64,000 nucleotides of DNA, taken from NCBI GenBank assembly GCA_050115495.1, contig JASFQK010000004.1, positions 64,001-128,000 of the forward strand, given 5' to 3'. Origin of the DNA: Phycisphaerae bacterium. GTDB taxonomy: Bacteria; Planctomycetota; Phycisphaerae; UBA1845; Fen-1342. This document shows, in pieces, positions 1 through 9,219 of the stretch (positions are counted from its first letter, which is position 1; every line of letters starts with the position of its first letter). The translations under genes and the position numbers were made by a program. The notes beneath the pieces were generated by a model. It did not search any database. It saw only the letters and a program-made list of their open reading frames with translations, and had not been told where the DNA came from.

Positions 1-1
1 G

Positions 2-1888
<1,887 letters not shown>

Positions 1889-1972
1889 CCGCCGGCGGCG
1901 CTATCATCAGGCGGGACGAGCCCGCCGGCGGCGATGGCGCGGGGCCGGCATTGACTCCAGGAGGACGGCCTG

Positions 1973-2230
1973 TTGACCGGAAAACTCGCTCTGCTGGCGG
2001 CGTTTCTGCCGATCGTCGGCTACTGGCTGCGGGTGCGCTTCTGCTGAGGGCACCCCCTCGCGACGCTCGGTACGATCGTCATCATGTTCGGGTTCTTCAT
2101 CGCCTTCGGCAACGGCTACCAGGCGTGGCAGAAGGGGCCGGATCGTGGGTTCGGCATGGCCGCGATGGTTGTCGCCGGCCTGATCGCTCTTGGCATGCTG
2201 GTGGGGGCGACGGCACTCGTGCGACGCTGA
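1973..2230 (+). CDS. Putative small 3-TM membrane selenoprotein (Cys-Sec), 85 aa if UGA 2045-2047 is read through
   Basis: AGGAGG 1959-1964, TTG start at 1973. Translation LTGKLALLAAFLPIVGYWLRVRFC-U-GHPLATLGTIVIMFGFFIAFGNGYQAWQKGPDRGFGMAAMVVAGLIALGMLVGATALVRR. Hydrophobic coding pattern continues across the TGA, and a SECIS-like hairpin follows. Confidence 0.6.
2062..2080 (+). promoter_or_regulatory. Candidate bacterial SECIS element
   Basis: GACG-C-TCG-[GTA]-CGA-T-CGTC hairpin. The apical loop starts with GU and lies 22 nt after the in-frame UGA. Confidence 0.5.
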
Positions 2231-2252
2231 GCGGCGCCTCTGTCTCGGGCCG

Positions 2253-3629
2253 TCAGTCGTAACGGAACGCGAGCATGTAGGATGTCGGCCAGATGGGGAA
2301 GGTGGTTGACATGCGGTGTCCTGCGTAGTCGCCACGGTTTGCACCGCAACGGTCGAAGAAGAAGCGGCACATTTCGGCGTAGCGCGGCCACGCCCGATCT
2401 TCCGCGGCGGCGATCTCGTTTGGCAGGATGCGCAGGTCCGGGTACTCGGCAATCCGATACGCCCAGCGGGCCATCTCGCTTTCGTGCATCCACGCGGGCA
2501 CCGGCGCTTGGCAGACCGCTTCGGGGATGCAGGATTTCGCGAACGACCGATGCAGGTACACGTCCACGATCAGGTTGCGCGTGGGATGGTCGATTGTCTT
2601 TATGAAGGCTTTGAACGGCGCGAGGGCCTGCTCGGGGCTATGCGGGATCGGATCCAGCCGGAACGCCACCACGATGTCGAAGCCTGCCCGCAATTGCTGC
2701 ACGTCTGCCGGATCGACGCACAGCCGCGCCAGTTGGCGAGACGCGGAATGCTCACGCAGCACCGCCGGCAGAGGGTGACTGCTGAACTCGGGCACGATGC
2801 AATGGTCGCTCCGTCCGGCGATGGGGCCACCCGCCGCATCGCGGATCTCCAAGCCGCTGTTGGGATCATCCGACCGGCGTGGGGCGAGCGGCTGCTCCTT
2901 CTGCGAGCCGACGTGGACGATCAAGGGGCGACCACCCGGGCTGGCCTGGTATCCGAGGTAGGCCAGCAGCATCGCGACTTCGACGATGTGACCCGGCTCC
3001 TGCGAAGGCATGACCAGCACGATCGCCCCGTTCAGATCGACCAGACTGCGATTGACGGCCAGGGCGTTCTCGAACGCCGCGGCCTTGATCGCTGCCGTCG
3101 ACGTTGACGCCGTGGAGGGTAGTTCTGCTTCAGGCTGAGCGCTGGCGGCTTCGACCGCCGGCACCTGGCTCAGCAGGTCCTTGAGTCGCGTCTGGCTGCG
3201 GTACTTCTCGTGCACGAAGGAGTCGAACTGCTCGACGGCCAGTTCGAAGCGATCGACCTGTTCCGGAGCCAGTCGTCGGTGTTTGATCGCCGCCGCGAAA
3301 CCGCGCATCGCCGCCGTCCCCGGCAGCGACCTGGCGATCTCGTCCCACCGGTTCGGTGACACCTGCGAAGCTCGCCACAGACGATAGCAGGTGGATCGAT
3401 CGACCCCCAACGCATCGTACAGTTTCCTCGGACTGCGGATGTGAACAGGTAATGCCTGGAGCACATCCAGAAGCGCCGATTGCAGACGTTCACCGTATCG
3501 CGCCAGATCTTCGGCGTGCGGCAACGAAGGCACACCGCGATGGGCGATCGTGCCCGCCGACGTTGTCTTGCGCTTCAGTTGCGTCACGTTTTCCATGAAG
3601 ACGGTTTCCGTCGCAGTCGTGCGTTTCAC
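2253..3629 (-). CDS. Hypothetical protein, possible DNA-binding regulator with N-terminal HTH-like segment
   Basis: 458-aa ORF. SPRKLYDALGVDRSTCYRLWRA resembles an HTH. Start uncertain (GTG 3629 or ATG 3596). Confidence 0.6.
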   Translation of the reverse strand: MKRTTATETVFMENVTQLKRKTTSAGTIAHRGVPSLPHAEDLARYGERLQSALLDVLQALPVHIRSPRKLYDALGVDRSTCYRLWRASQVSPNRWDEIARSLPGTAAMRGFAAAIKHRRLAPEQVDRFELAVEQFDSFVHEKYRSQTRLKDLLSQVPAVEAASAQPEAELPSTASTSTAAIKAAAFENALAVNRSLVDLNGAIVLVMPSQEPGHIVEVAMLLAYLGYQASPGGRPLIVHVGSQKEQPLAPRRSDDPNSGLEIRDAAGGPIAGRSDHCIVPEFSSHPLPAVLREHSASRQLARLCVDPADVQQLRAGFDIVVAFRLDPIPHSPEQALAPFKAFIKTIDHPTRNLIVDVYLHRSFAKSCIPEAVCQAPVPAWMHESEMARWAYRIAEYPDLRILPNEIAAAEDRAWPRYAEMCRFFFDRCGANRGDYAGHRMSTTFPIWPTSYMLAFRYD

Positions 3630-3773
3630 GTGAGCGCCAGCCGCATGCTGCTGGCTTCGAGTGAGTGTAGAGACCGGCGGCTACCGCCGCAACGTCGCTC
3701 CGGATGCGTCAGACTAGTAGAGAACCCGTAGGGCAAGCTGACGCGAACCGGTCCTTCGACGATCGCTAATCGA

Positions 3774-3807
3774 GCGGGTCTTATCCTCGGCAGAGGATAA
3801 GACCCGC
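3774..3807 (-). terminator. Perfect 15-bp hairpin downstream of the PEP-CTERM gene (terminator or mRNA-stabilising stem)
   Basis: GCGGGTCTTATCCTC-ggca-GAGGATAAGACCCGC; no clear U-tract. Confidence 0.55.
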
Positions 3808-3842
3808 CGAACGTTACCCATGTCCTGCGAGCGAGCCGCAGG

Positions 3843-4517
3843 CTAGCGCCCGCTTCGTCGACGGCTCAACACGAGCAGCGCCACGGTCGCCAGACCGAAG
3901 GTCGCCGGCTCGGGAACACCTTGGATTTGCAGCATTTGATCGGGGCCGTTCCAGAGACCGAACAACGGTTCGTAGGTGTTTGTACCGATCGAGTACCAGA
4001 TGGGCCGATCGCCGTTGGCGGCGTACGATCCCCATGCCGTCCATCCGGTTGGGGGTGCCGCTTCGATCGGGGACATGCCGATCCAGTAGTCGCCCGGAGC
4101 CAGCGCCATGTTCAGTCCTGAAGCATCGACCTTCTCCACATAGCGGCTCCAACCGGTTTCCGAATCCGTGAGTACCAGGGTCTCGACGGTGATGGGAACC
4201 TCGATGGCGAAGTCCATGGCGTTGACTTCCCCGAGCGCTTTGGGGAACACCACGAGGTTGGCCGTGGTGGCCGTTGGCGAATTGAGCGTGCCAAAGTAGT
4301 TCGACACCGTGTCGATGACCCAGCCTCCCGCGGGGACACTGATGTCATCCATCAGGATGAAGCCCGCATCCACGTCCGTCCAGGTTGTGGACGTGAGACC
4401 TCCGCCGACGGCGTTGAACACCGTGGAGTCGTACAGGACGTCCGCGCTGGCGTTGGTCGCCAGGGATACCACCACAGCCAGCACTGCCATAGCTGCCGCA
4501 TGACCTGTCATCTTCAT
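3843..4517 (-). CDS. PEP-CTERM sorting-domain exported protein
   Basis: AGGAGG 9 nt upstream of ATG 4517, signal peptide ending ASA, C-terminal VPEPATFGLATVALLVLSRRRSGR. Confidence 0.9.
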   Translation of the reverse strand: MKMTGHAAAMAVLAVVVSLATNASADVLYDSTVFNAVGGGLTSTTWTDVDAGFILMDDISVPAGGWVIDTVSNYFGTLNSPTATTANLVVFPKALGEVNAMDFAIEVPITVETLVLTDSETGWSRYVEKVDASGLNMALAPGDYWIGMSPIEAAPPTGWTAWGSYAANGDRPIWYSIGTNTYEPLFGLWNGPDQMLQIQGVPEPATFGLATVALLVLSRRRSGR

Positions 4518-4652
4518 TACTCTTCTACCTCCTGCGTGCCGAAGCACTCCTCCAAAGTTGAAAGCGATGCACGTTTCGCCGGTGTGAAGCTTCTGAGCCG
4601 GACTCCTTCGTTCCCTTCCGAGAAGGCCCCCCGATCGGATCCATCCTCTCTT

Positions 4653-4681
4653 AATATAGCCGGGTTGCCGGGCTATGTCAA
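4653..4681 (-). promoter_or_regulatory. Sigma70-type promoter of the PEP-CTERM gene
   Basis: Minus strand TTGACA-17 nt-TATATT; an ATAGCC-N9-GGCTAT palindrome overlaps the spacer. Confidence 0.7.
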
Positions 4682-4687
4682 GAATAA

Positions 4688-4720
4688 ATCTCGATACAAT
4701 CTAGACACAATCCAGAGACG
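4688..4720. repeat. Three degenerate 11-bp direct repeats upstream of the -35 (candidate operator)
   Basis: ATCTCGATACA / ATCTAGACACA / ATCCAGAGACG. Confidence 0.5.
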
Positions 4721-4895
4721 ATTGGAGGCTGGGCGGGAACAACCAGGCCGCGGCGGAATGGCGGATTCAGGAGCCGTCGCGCAGGGAATGTTGGCGTGGT
4801 TTCGGCTGGCGGCCTGGCGCCTGGATCACGCCCTTGCCCAGCCCGGGCGCGGTATAATCACGCCCGCATTTCGCCTCTCGTCCAGGAGCCACGTC

Positions 4896-5156
4896 ATGTC
4901 TGAGCAGCGCATCGGAATCGTCACCCATTACTTTGGCAAGGTCGGCGTTGCGGCTATCAGGATCACCGACGGCGAGCTGCACACCGGCGACACCATCCAC
5001 ATCGTCGGCCACACGTCCGACTTTACGCAGCCCGTGGACTCGATGCAGGTGGAGCACGCCACCGTCCAGGCCGCCCGGCCGGGGGATGAGATCGGCCTGC
5101 GCGTCATCGAGCACGCTCGCGAGCACGACGTCGTCTACCGCGTCTCGCCGGCCTGA
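4896..5156 (+). CDS. Small translation-factor beta-barrel-like protein (EF-Tu domain II / peptidase U32 C-terminal-like)
   Basis: AGGAG 4884-4888, TATAAT 4853-4858. IGIVTHYFGKVGVAAI...GDTIHIVGHTSDFTQPVDSMQVEH...GDEIGL pattern. Confidence 0.8.
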   Translation: MSEQRIGIVTHYFGKVGVAAIRITDGELHTGDTIHIVGHTSDFTQPVDSMQVEHATVQAARPGDEIGLRVIEHAREHDVVYRVSPA

Positions 5157-6853
5157 TCTTCCGTCGGCCAGGGGTCGTCTGCCGGCGCGGTCGGATCGTC
5201 TTCGCGGATGGCGACCGGCTGTTGCCCCAGCACGCGGGTGAGCGCGAGCAGACGCCGTTTGTGCCAGCTCGTCGCTGCCGCCGCCAGGAGCAATAGGAAG
5301 GCGCTGCCGGCGGCCATGGCGGCGGCTGGATTGGTGGCGGCGCTCAGCCCGTGAGCACCAGCCGCCAGCAGCCACACGCCGATGGCCAGGCCGGCGAAAT
5401 AACAGAATCGGGGGATCGCCCAGCCGCAGCCGAGTGCGGCCAGTGCCGCCGCCGAAGTCACCGCGTGCAGCCGCGCCGGCCATTGCCAGGACGCGTCGAA
5501 CTCACACACGCAGCTCCCGCTCATCAATATCAGTACGAACACGACCTGCCACGCCCACGGCGGCCGCCGCGACGCCACCTGCACCGCGATTAACCCCGTC
5601 CAGCCGATCGTCGTCAGCAGCACGAGCCCGTCCGCGGTCGTGCGACCCAGGGCGAAGGCGGCGATGGCACAGGCGTTCACGAGCAGGGCGGCGACGAGGT
5701 CGAAGCGCGACCGGCGAATCAGGGCGATGAGCAGCAGATAAGCCGTCAGTCCCCAGGCGGCCCAGGCGACGTTCAGCGGCAGCGGGAACGTCGGCGGCCA
5801 CGTCATGCGCTCCGGCACGATCGTCACCGGCGACAGGCTGAGATACAGGGCCGCCGCCGCCGCGAGGCACCCGCCGTGCAGGAGCAACGTCAGCCGATGC
5901 CGGGCGTAGCCGTACCACCATACGCCGGCGGCGCAGGCAATCGCTGGCACGAGCGGGTTACGCATCGGTCCGGGTAGCCGCTCCACCGGAAAGCTGGCAT
6001 CGAAGCCTTCGTGCGTGAGCAGCATGGCCAGCACGGGCAGGATGGTGCAGACCGCCAGTCCTGGTCCTTTCTGTCGGGCGGCGACGGCCAGGTACTCGAA
6101 ACCGGCCGCCGCCGCCACGGCGACCAGCGGGGCAGCGTATAGCCGTCCGGCGTGGCCGCAGAACGCGTAGTTCATCGCGTATAGGTGAACGCCGCCGGCG
6201 ACGAGCACGGTGACCAGGAAGCCCAGTTCCGTACGCAGCCCGTTCGGCGTCGAAATCGTCCCTGCCCGCGCGTGCCGCCGGATGGCCGGCAGGACCAGTA
6301 GGGCCAGGCCGGCGAGCAGCCACCAACAGGCGTAGAGGGCCACCTCGTCGGTGCCCGCTGTCGCGTACGGCACGCGCAGGCGCAAGGGGGCGATGGCCAC
6401 AAGGGCCACACAGAGCATCGCCGCCAGTTGGCCGGCCCAACTCAGGCGCAGCTCAACCAGCCGGCGGACGATGTGCAGTTCGGCGACGGCGAGCACGCAC
6501 GTACCCACCGCCAGGCAGAGTCCCAACCGGGCGTCGTTGGCGGTCAGTTCCAGGCCGGCGGCCAGCGGGCCCGTCCAGAAGAGGGCGGCGACCCACAGCA
6601 GCGACGGCTCGTCCTCCGGGCTGCGGCGGGCGCGGTGCAAGAGGATGAGCACCCCGGCCACGGCCAATTCGTAGGCCTGGAGCACGCCGAAAGTAAGCAG
6701 AATCAGGCCGACGTCGCCGGCGAGGGCGTCGGGGGCGGCCAGGTAGAGCTTGGCGCCGACGGCCATGGCGGCGGCGCTGAGCAGGTACGTGGGGTTTCGG
6801 CGGAGCCACCAGTGCCCCGCCTGAGCGCAGGCGCTGCAAAGGGTTACGGCCAT
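5135..6853 (-). CDS. Polytopic inner-membrane hypothetical protein
   Basis: 572 aa with many hydrophobic helices; GAGGA RBS upstream of the ATG. Confidence 0.8.
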   Translation of the reverse strand: MAVTLCSACAQAGHWWLRRNPTYLLSAAAMAVGAKLYLAAPDALAGDVGLILLTFGVLQAYELAVAGVLILLHRARRSPEDEPSLLWVAALFWTGPLAAGLELTANDARLGLCLAVGTCVLAVAELHIVRRLVELRLSWAGQLAAMLCVALVAIAPLRLRVPYATAGTDEVALYACWWLLAGLALLVLPAIRRHARAGTISTPNGLRTELGFLVTVLVAGGVHLYAMNYAFCGHAGRLYAAPLVAVAAAAGFEYLAVAARQKGPGLAVCTILPVLAMLLTHEGFDASFPVERLPGPMRNPLVPAIACAAGVWWYGYARHRLTLLLHGGCLAAAAALYLSLSPVTIVPERMTWPPTFPLPLNVAWAAWGLTAYLLLIALIRRSRFDLVAALLVNACAIAAFALGRTTADGLVLLTTIGWTGLIAVQVASRRPPWAWQVVFVLILMSGSCVCEFDASWQWPARLHAVTSAAALAALGCGWAIPRFCYFAGLAIGVWLLAAGAHGLSAATNPAAAMAAGSAFLLLLAAAATSWHKRRLLALTRVLGQQPVAIREDDPTAPADDPWPTEDQAGETR

Positions 6854-7125
6854 GACAGATTCCTCCCTCGGTTACGGACGGGGGACGCGGCGCGCAGCGC
6901 AGACGGCACGGCAGACGCCGCGTGCACCGCACGTGTGGCAGTGAACCATCACATCAGGATGTCATGGATGGTGGTGCCCGCCCGAAGAGGGAGATTATTG
7001 GATGATGACGAGAAGATGCAGCGGATCGATACGGGCTATACCATCCGTCTGTCATTTAAAGTCTAGATCGCCCCAGGCGCGAGTCAAGGCCTGTGCGCGG
7101 CGGCGCGATCCGGATGGGCGAATGT

Positions 7126-7353
7126 GCGGGGAAGGACCCCGTTGAAACGGGGTGGGATGTGGAAGGGGGGGGAGGAAAGGGGAGGGGCGGTGGTGTGGTC
7201 CGTCCAACCAGTCCTCGAAGGGCTGGCCTATCAGCCCGCCTCCGGCGGGAAACGCCGCTGAAGCGGCGTGCGGTGAGGCGGCTGGTCTGCGACCCCGTTC
7301 ACGGGGTCTCCCCGGCGCAGCCGGGCTACTAGGTCAGTCCTTTAGGACTGGTT
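7126..7353 (+). repeat. Multi-hairpin REP/MITE-like element, copy 1
   Basis: Seven consecutive palindromes: CCCCGTTGAAACGGGG, CCAGTCCTCGAAGGGCTGG, CCCGCCTCCGGCGGG, ACGCCGCTGAAGCGGCGT, CCCCGTTCACGGGG, CCCGGCGCAGCCGGG, CAGTCCTTTAGGACTG. The first ~160 bp are homologous to 13306-13450 (inverted). Confidence 0.75.
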
Positions 7354-7593
7354 GAGCGGACGGTCCCACCCCCATCCTCTCCTCCGACCTACCACAGCCC
7401 GCTTCCGCGGGTCTCCGGCGGCCGCCGACTGCGGACCGTAATCCCCGGCAGGAGCGTGTATGAATGTGTCCGGCCGGCAGGGCGGCATATGTATACTGCG
7501 GGCGTGCACGAGCCGCGGAGACGTAGGCGGGAGGTGGTGTGCACGGGTGGAGCTGCGTGTTCTTACGTTCTATCCCGGCGAGGAGGCGATCCG

Positions 7594-8640
7594 ATGTGGA
7601 AGATGGCGTTGACTCTCGGTCTCGCGGTGGTGCTGTGCTCCTGTCACGGCGGAGCGCAGCGCGGTGCGGCCGGCAGGGACCTCGGTCGGGCGCTGGATGA
7701 TGTTGGCCGCGGAATCCATGATGCGATCGCGCTCCGGTCGGCGGCTTGCCTGACGGCGTTTCGCCTGTGTGACCGGACGCAGCAAGAGCTCTTGGACAGC
7801 GTCGGCGAGGAGTTCTGCTTCGATGCACAATACCCTTGTGACACGCTCGTCGACGCACAAACCAGCGGGGTCTTCCGGCTCATCGGCATCGGGGAGAGTG
7901 AGCACGAGGCACGCCCGTGGCCCGTGGCGACCGAGGCGGACATGCTGGAATGGTGCGATCGGATCAGGGAGTCGCTGGACACGCCAAGCTCCAGCCTCAC
8001 AGTCCCCGCGCACCTGTACGTGTATCTGGCCGGCACGGGGGCCTCGACCTCCGACGAGCTGCTCCGGCTGGGCTTTCGGGCTGTAATGCAACGGCCGGGT
8101 ACGATCACAGTCCGGTGCGAGTCGGCGGCCGTGGTCAGCCGGAGTGACGTGCATTTCGTCGAGCCGGCGGACACGACGGTCACCGACCGCGCGCAGCAGG
8201 ACAAAGCCGCCTCGCCGGCCGGCGGCGGCGCGGAGGCGTGCCCGTCTTTGGAAGACGTGGTCGGCGTTTGGATCGAGGAATCCGTCCGAAGGGCGCTACG
8301 CGTCGTGCTGGTCAGTGAGGGGCGCTACATGATCGTTCGCGGACAGTCCGTGGACGGTGACTCCGCGAGTGCGGCGGACGCCGGCACGTCCGACCCGCAG
8401 CGCCTGGACAGCCCGGAGGAATGGCTCGCCGCATCGCACCCGGTTGGGCAACTGGCGGGCGAACTGCGCGAAGGCCGGCACGATGGGCACGTTTTCCTGG
8501 TGGTCGCGACGGAAGGTACGTCGCCGGAGGTGGTCGCCGAGGTCGAGACGATCCTGCGCGAATCCGGCCGCAGCTACCGGGTGCATGCTGAGCGTGTACC
8601 GGCAGCCTGGGACGCGGTGCCGGCCAACGCAGGCGAATGA
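7594..8640 (+). CDS. Hypothetical lipoprotein
   Basis: AGGAGG 7581-7586; MWKMALTLGLAVVLCSC lipobox-like signal. Confidence 0.7.
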   Translation: MWKMALTLGLAVVLCSCHGGAQRGAAGRDLGRALDDVGRGIHDAIALRSAACLTAFRLCDRTQQELLDSVGEEFCFDAQYPCDTLVDAQTSGVFRLIGIGESEHEARPWPVATEADMLEWCDRIRESLDTPSSSLTVPAHLYVYLAGTGASTSDELLRLGFRAVMQRPGTITVRCESAAVVSRSDVHFVEPADTTVTDRAQQDKAASPAGGGAEACPSLEDVVGVWIEESVRRALRVVLVSEGRYMIVRGQSVDGDSASAADAGTSDPQRLDSPEEWLAASHPVGQLAGELREGRHDGHVFLVVATEGTSPEVVAEVETILRESGRSYRVHAERVPAAWDAVPANAGE

Positions 8641-8673
8641 GCGATGTAGAGAAACGGGGATGGCGAGTTCAGC

Positions 8674-9180
8674 ATGAGGCGCTGCATACGTACGGTGTTG
8701 CTCATCGTGGCTGCTCTTGCCGCTGTCGCTACGCTCGCAAGCGGGGTGCGTCGATTCTCGTGGGACTGGAAGACAGACGACGAGGTCGATGCAATCAGGG
8801 GCGGCTGCAGCATCGCGCATGGTCAAGTCTACATCGGGGTATTTGATCCGTCGGCTACGCAGGACCAGACGCCCAGGCTGGACGACGTGGTTTGCTTCGA
8901 TGCCCTCGGCGTGCACGTCCTGGTGCAGGAAGAGGGTCCGAGCTCAGCTCTTTTCGAAGATGGCGTGGTTCGGGACCTGCCGGCCGCGGTCACGTACAAT
9001 ATCAACTTCTCCGGTTGGTGGGTGGTCCTTGCCTGTGGAGCATACCCCTGCACCGCGTTTGTAATCCGGAGGATCAGGACCGCGCGGCGTAGGCGACGTG
9101 GCCTGTGCGTTCACTGCGGTTATGATCAGCGTGGAAACCCAGATGAGGTCTGCCCGGAGTGTGGGCGATCACCCAGATGA
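8674..9180 (+). CDS. Membrane protein with C-terminal Zn ribbon (CxxCGY...CPECG)
   Basis: Two TM segments, RRRRRGLCVHCGYDQRGNPDEVCPECG. Confidence 0.8.
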   Translation: MRRCIRTVLLIVAALAAVATLASGVRRFSWDWKTDDEVDAIRGGCSIAHGQVYIGVFDPSATQDQTPRLDDVVCFDALGVHVLVQEEGPSSALFEDGVVRDLPAAVTYNINFSGWWVVLACGAYPCTAFVIRRIRTARRRRRGLCVHCGYDQRGNPDEVCPECGRSPR

Positions 9181-9219
9181 CCGCTGGGCACGCGCAGGAA
9201 ACGGCATCGCCGCGGTACA

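Noticed and set aside
1934..1972. Upstream ATG with a second in-frame TGA (1952-1954) extending the selenoprotein candidate
   Set aside because: No RBS before 1934 and no convincing SECIS, whereas AGGAGG is ideally spaced for TTG 1973.
4500..4895. N-terminal extension of the 4500-5156 ORF
   Set aside because: Overlaps the divergent promoter region; the RBS and domain start support ATG 4896.
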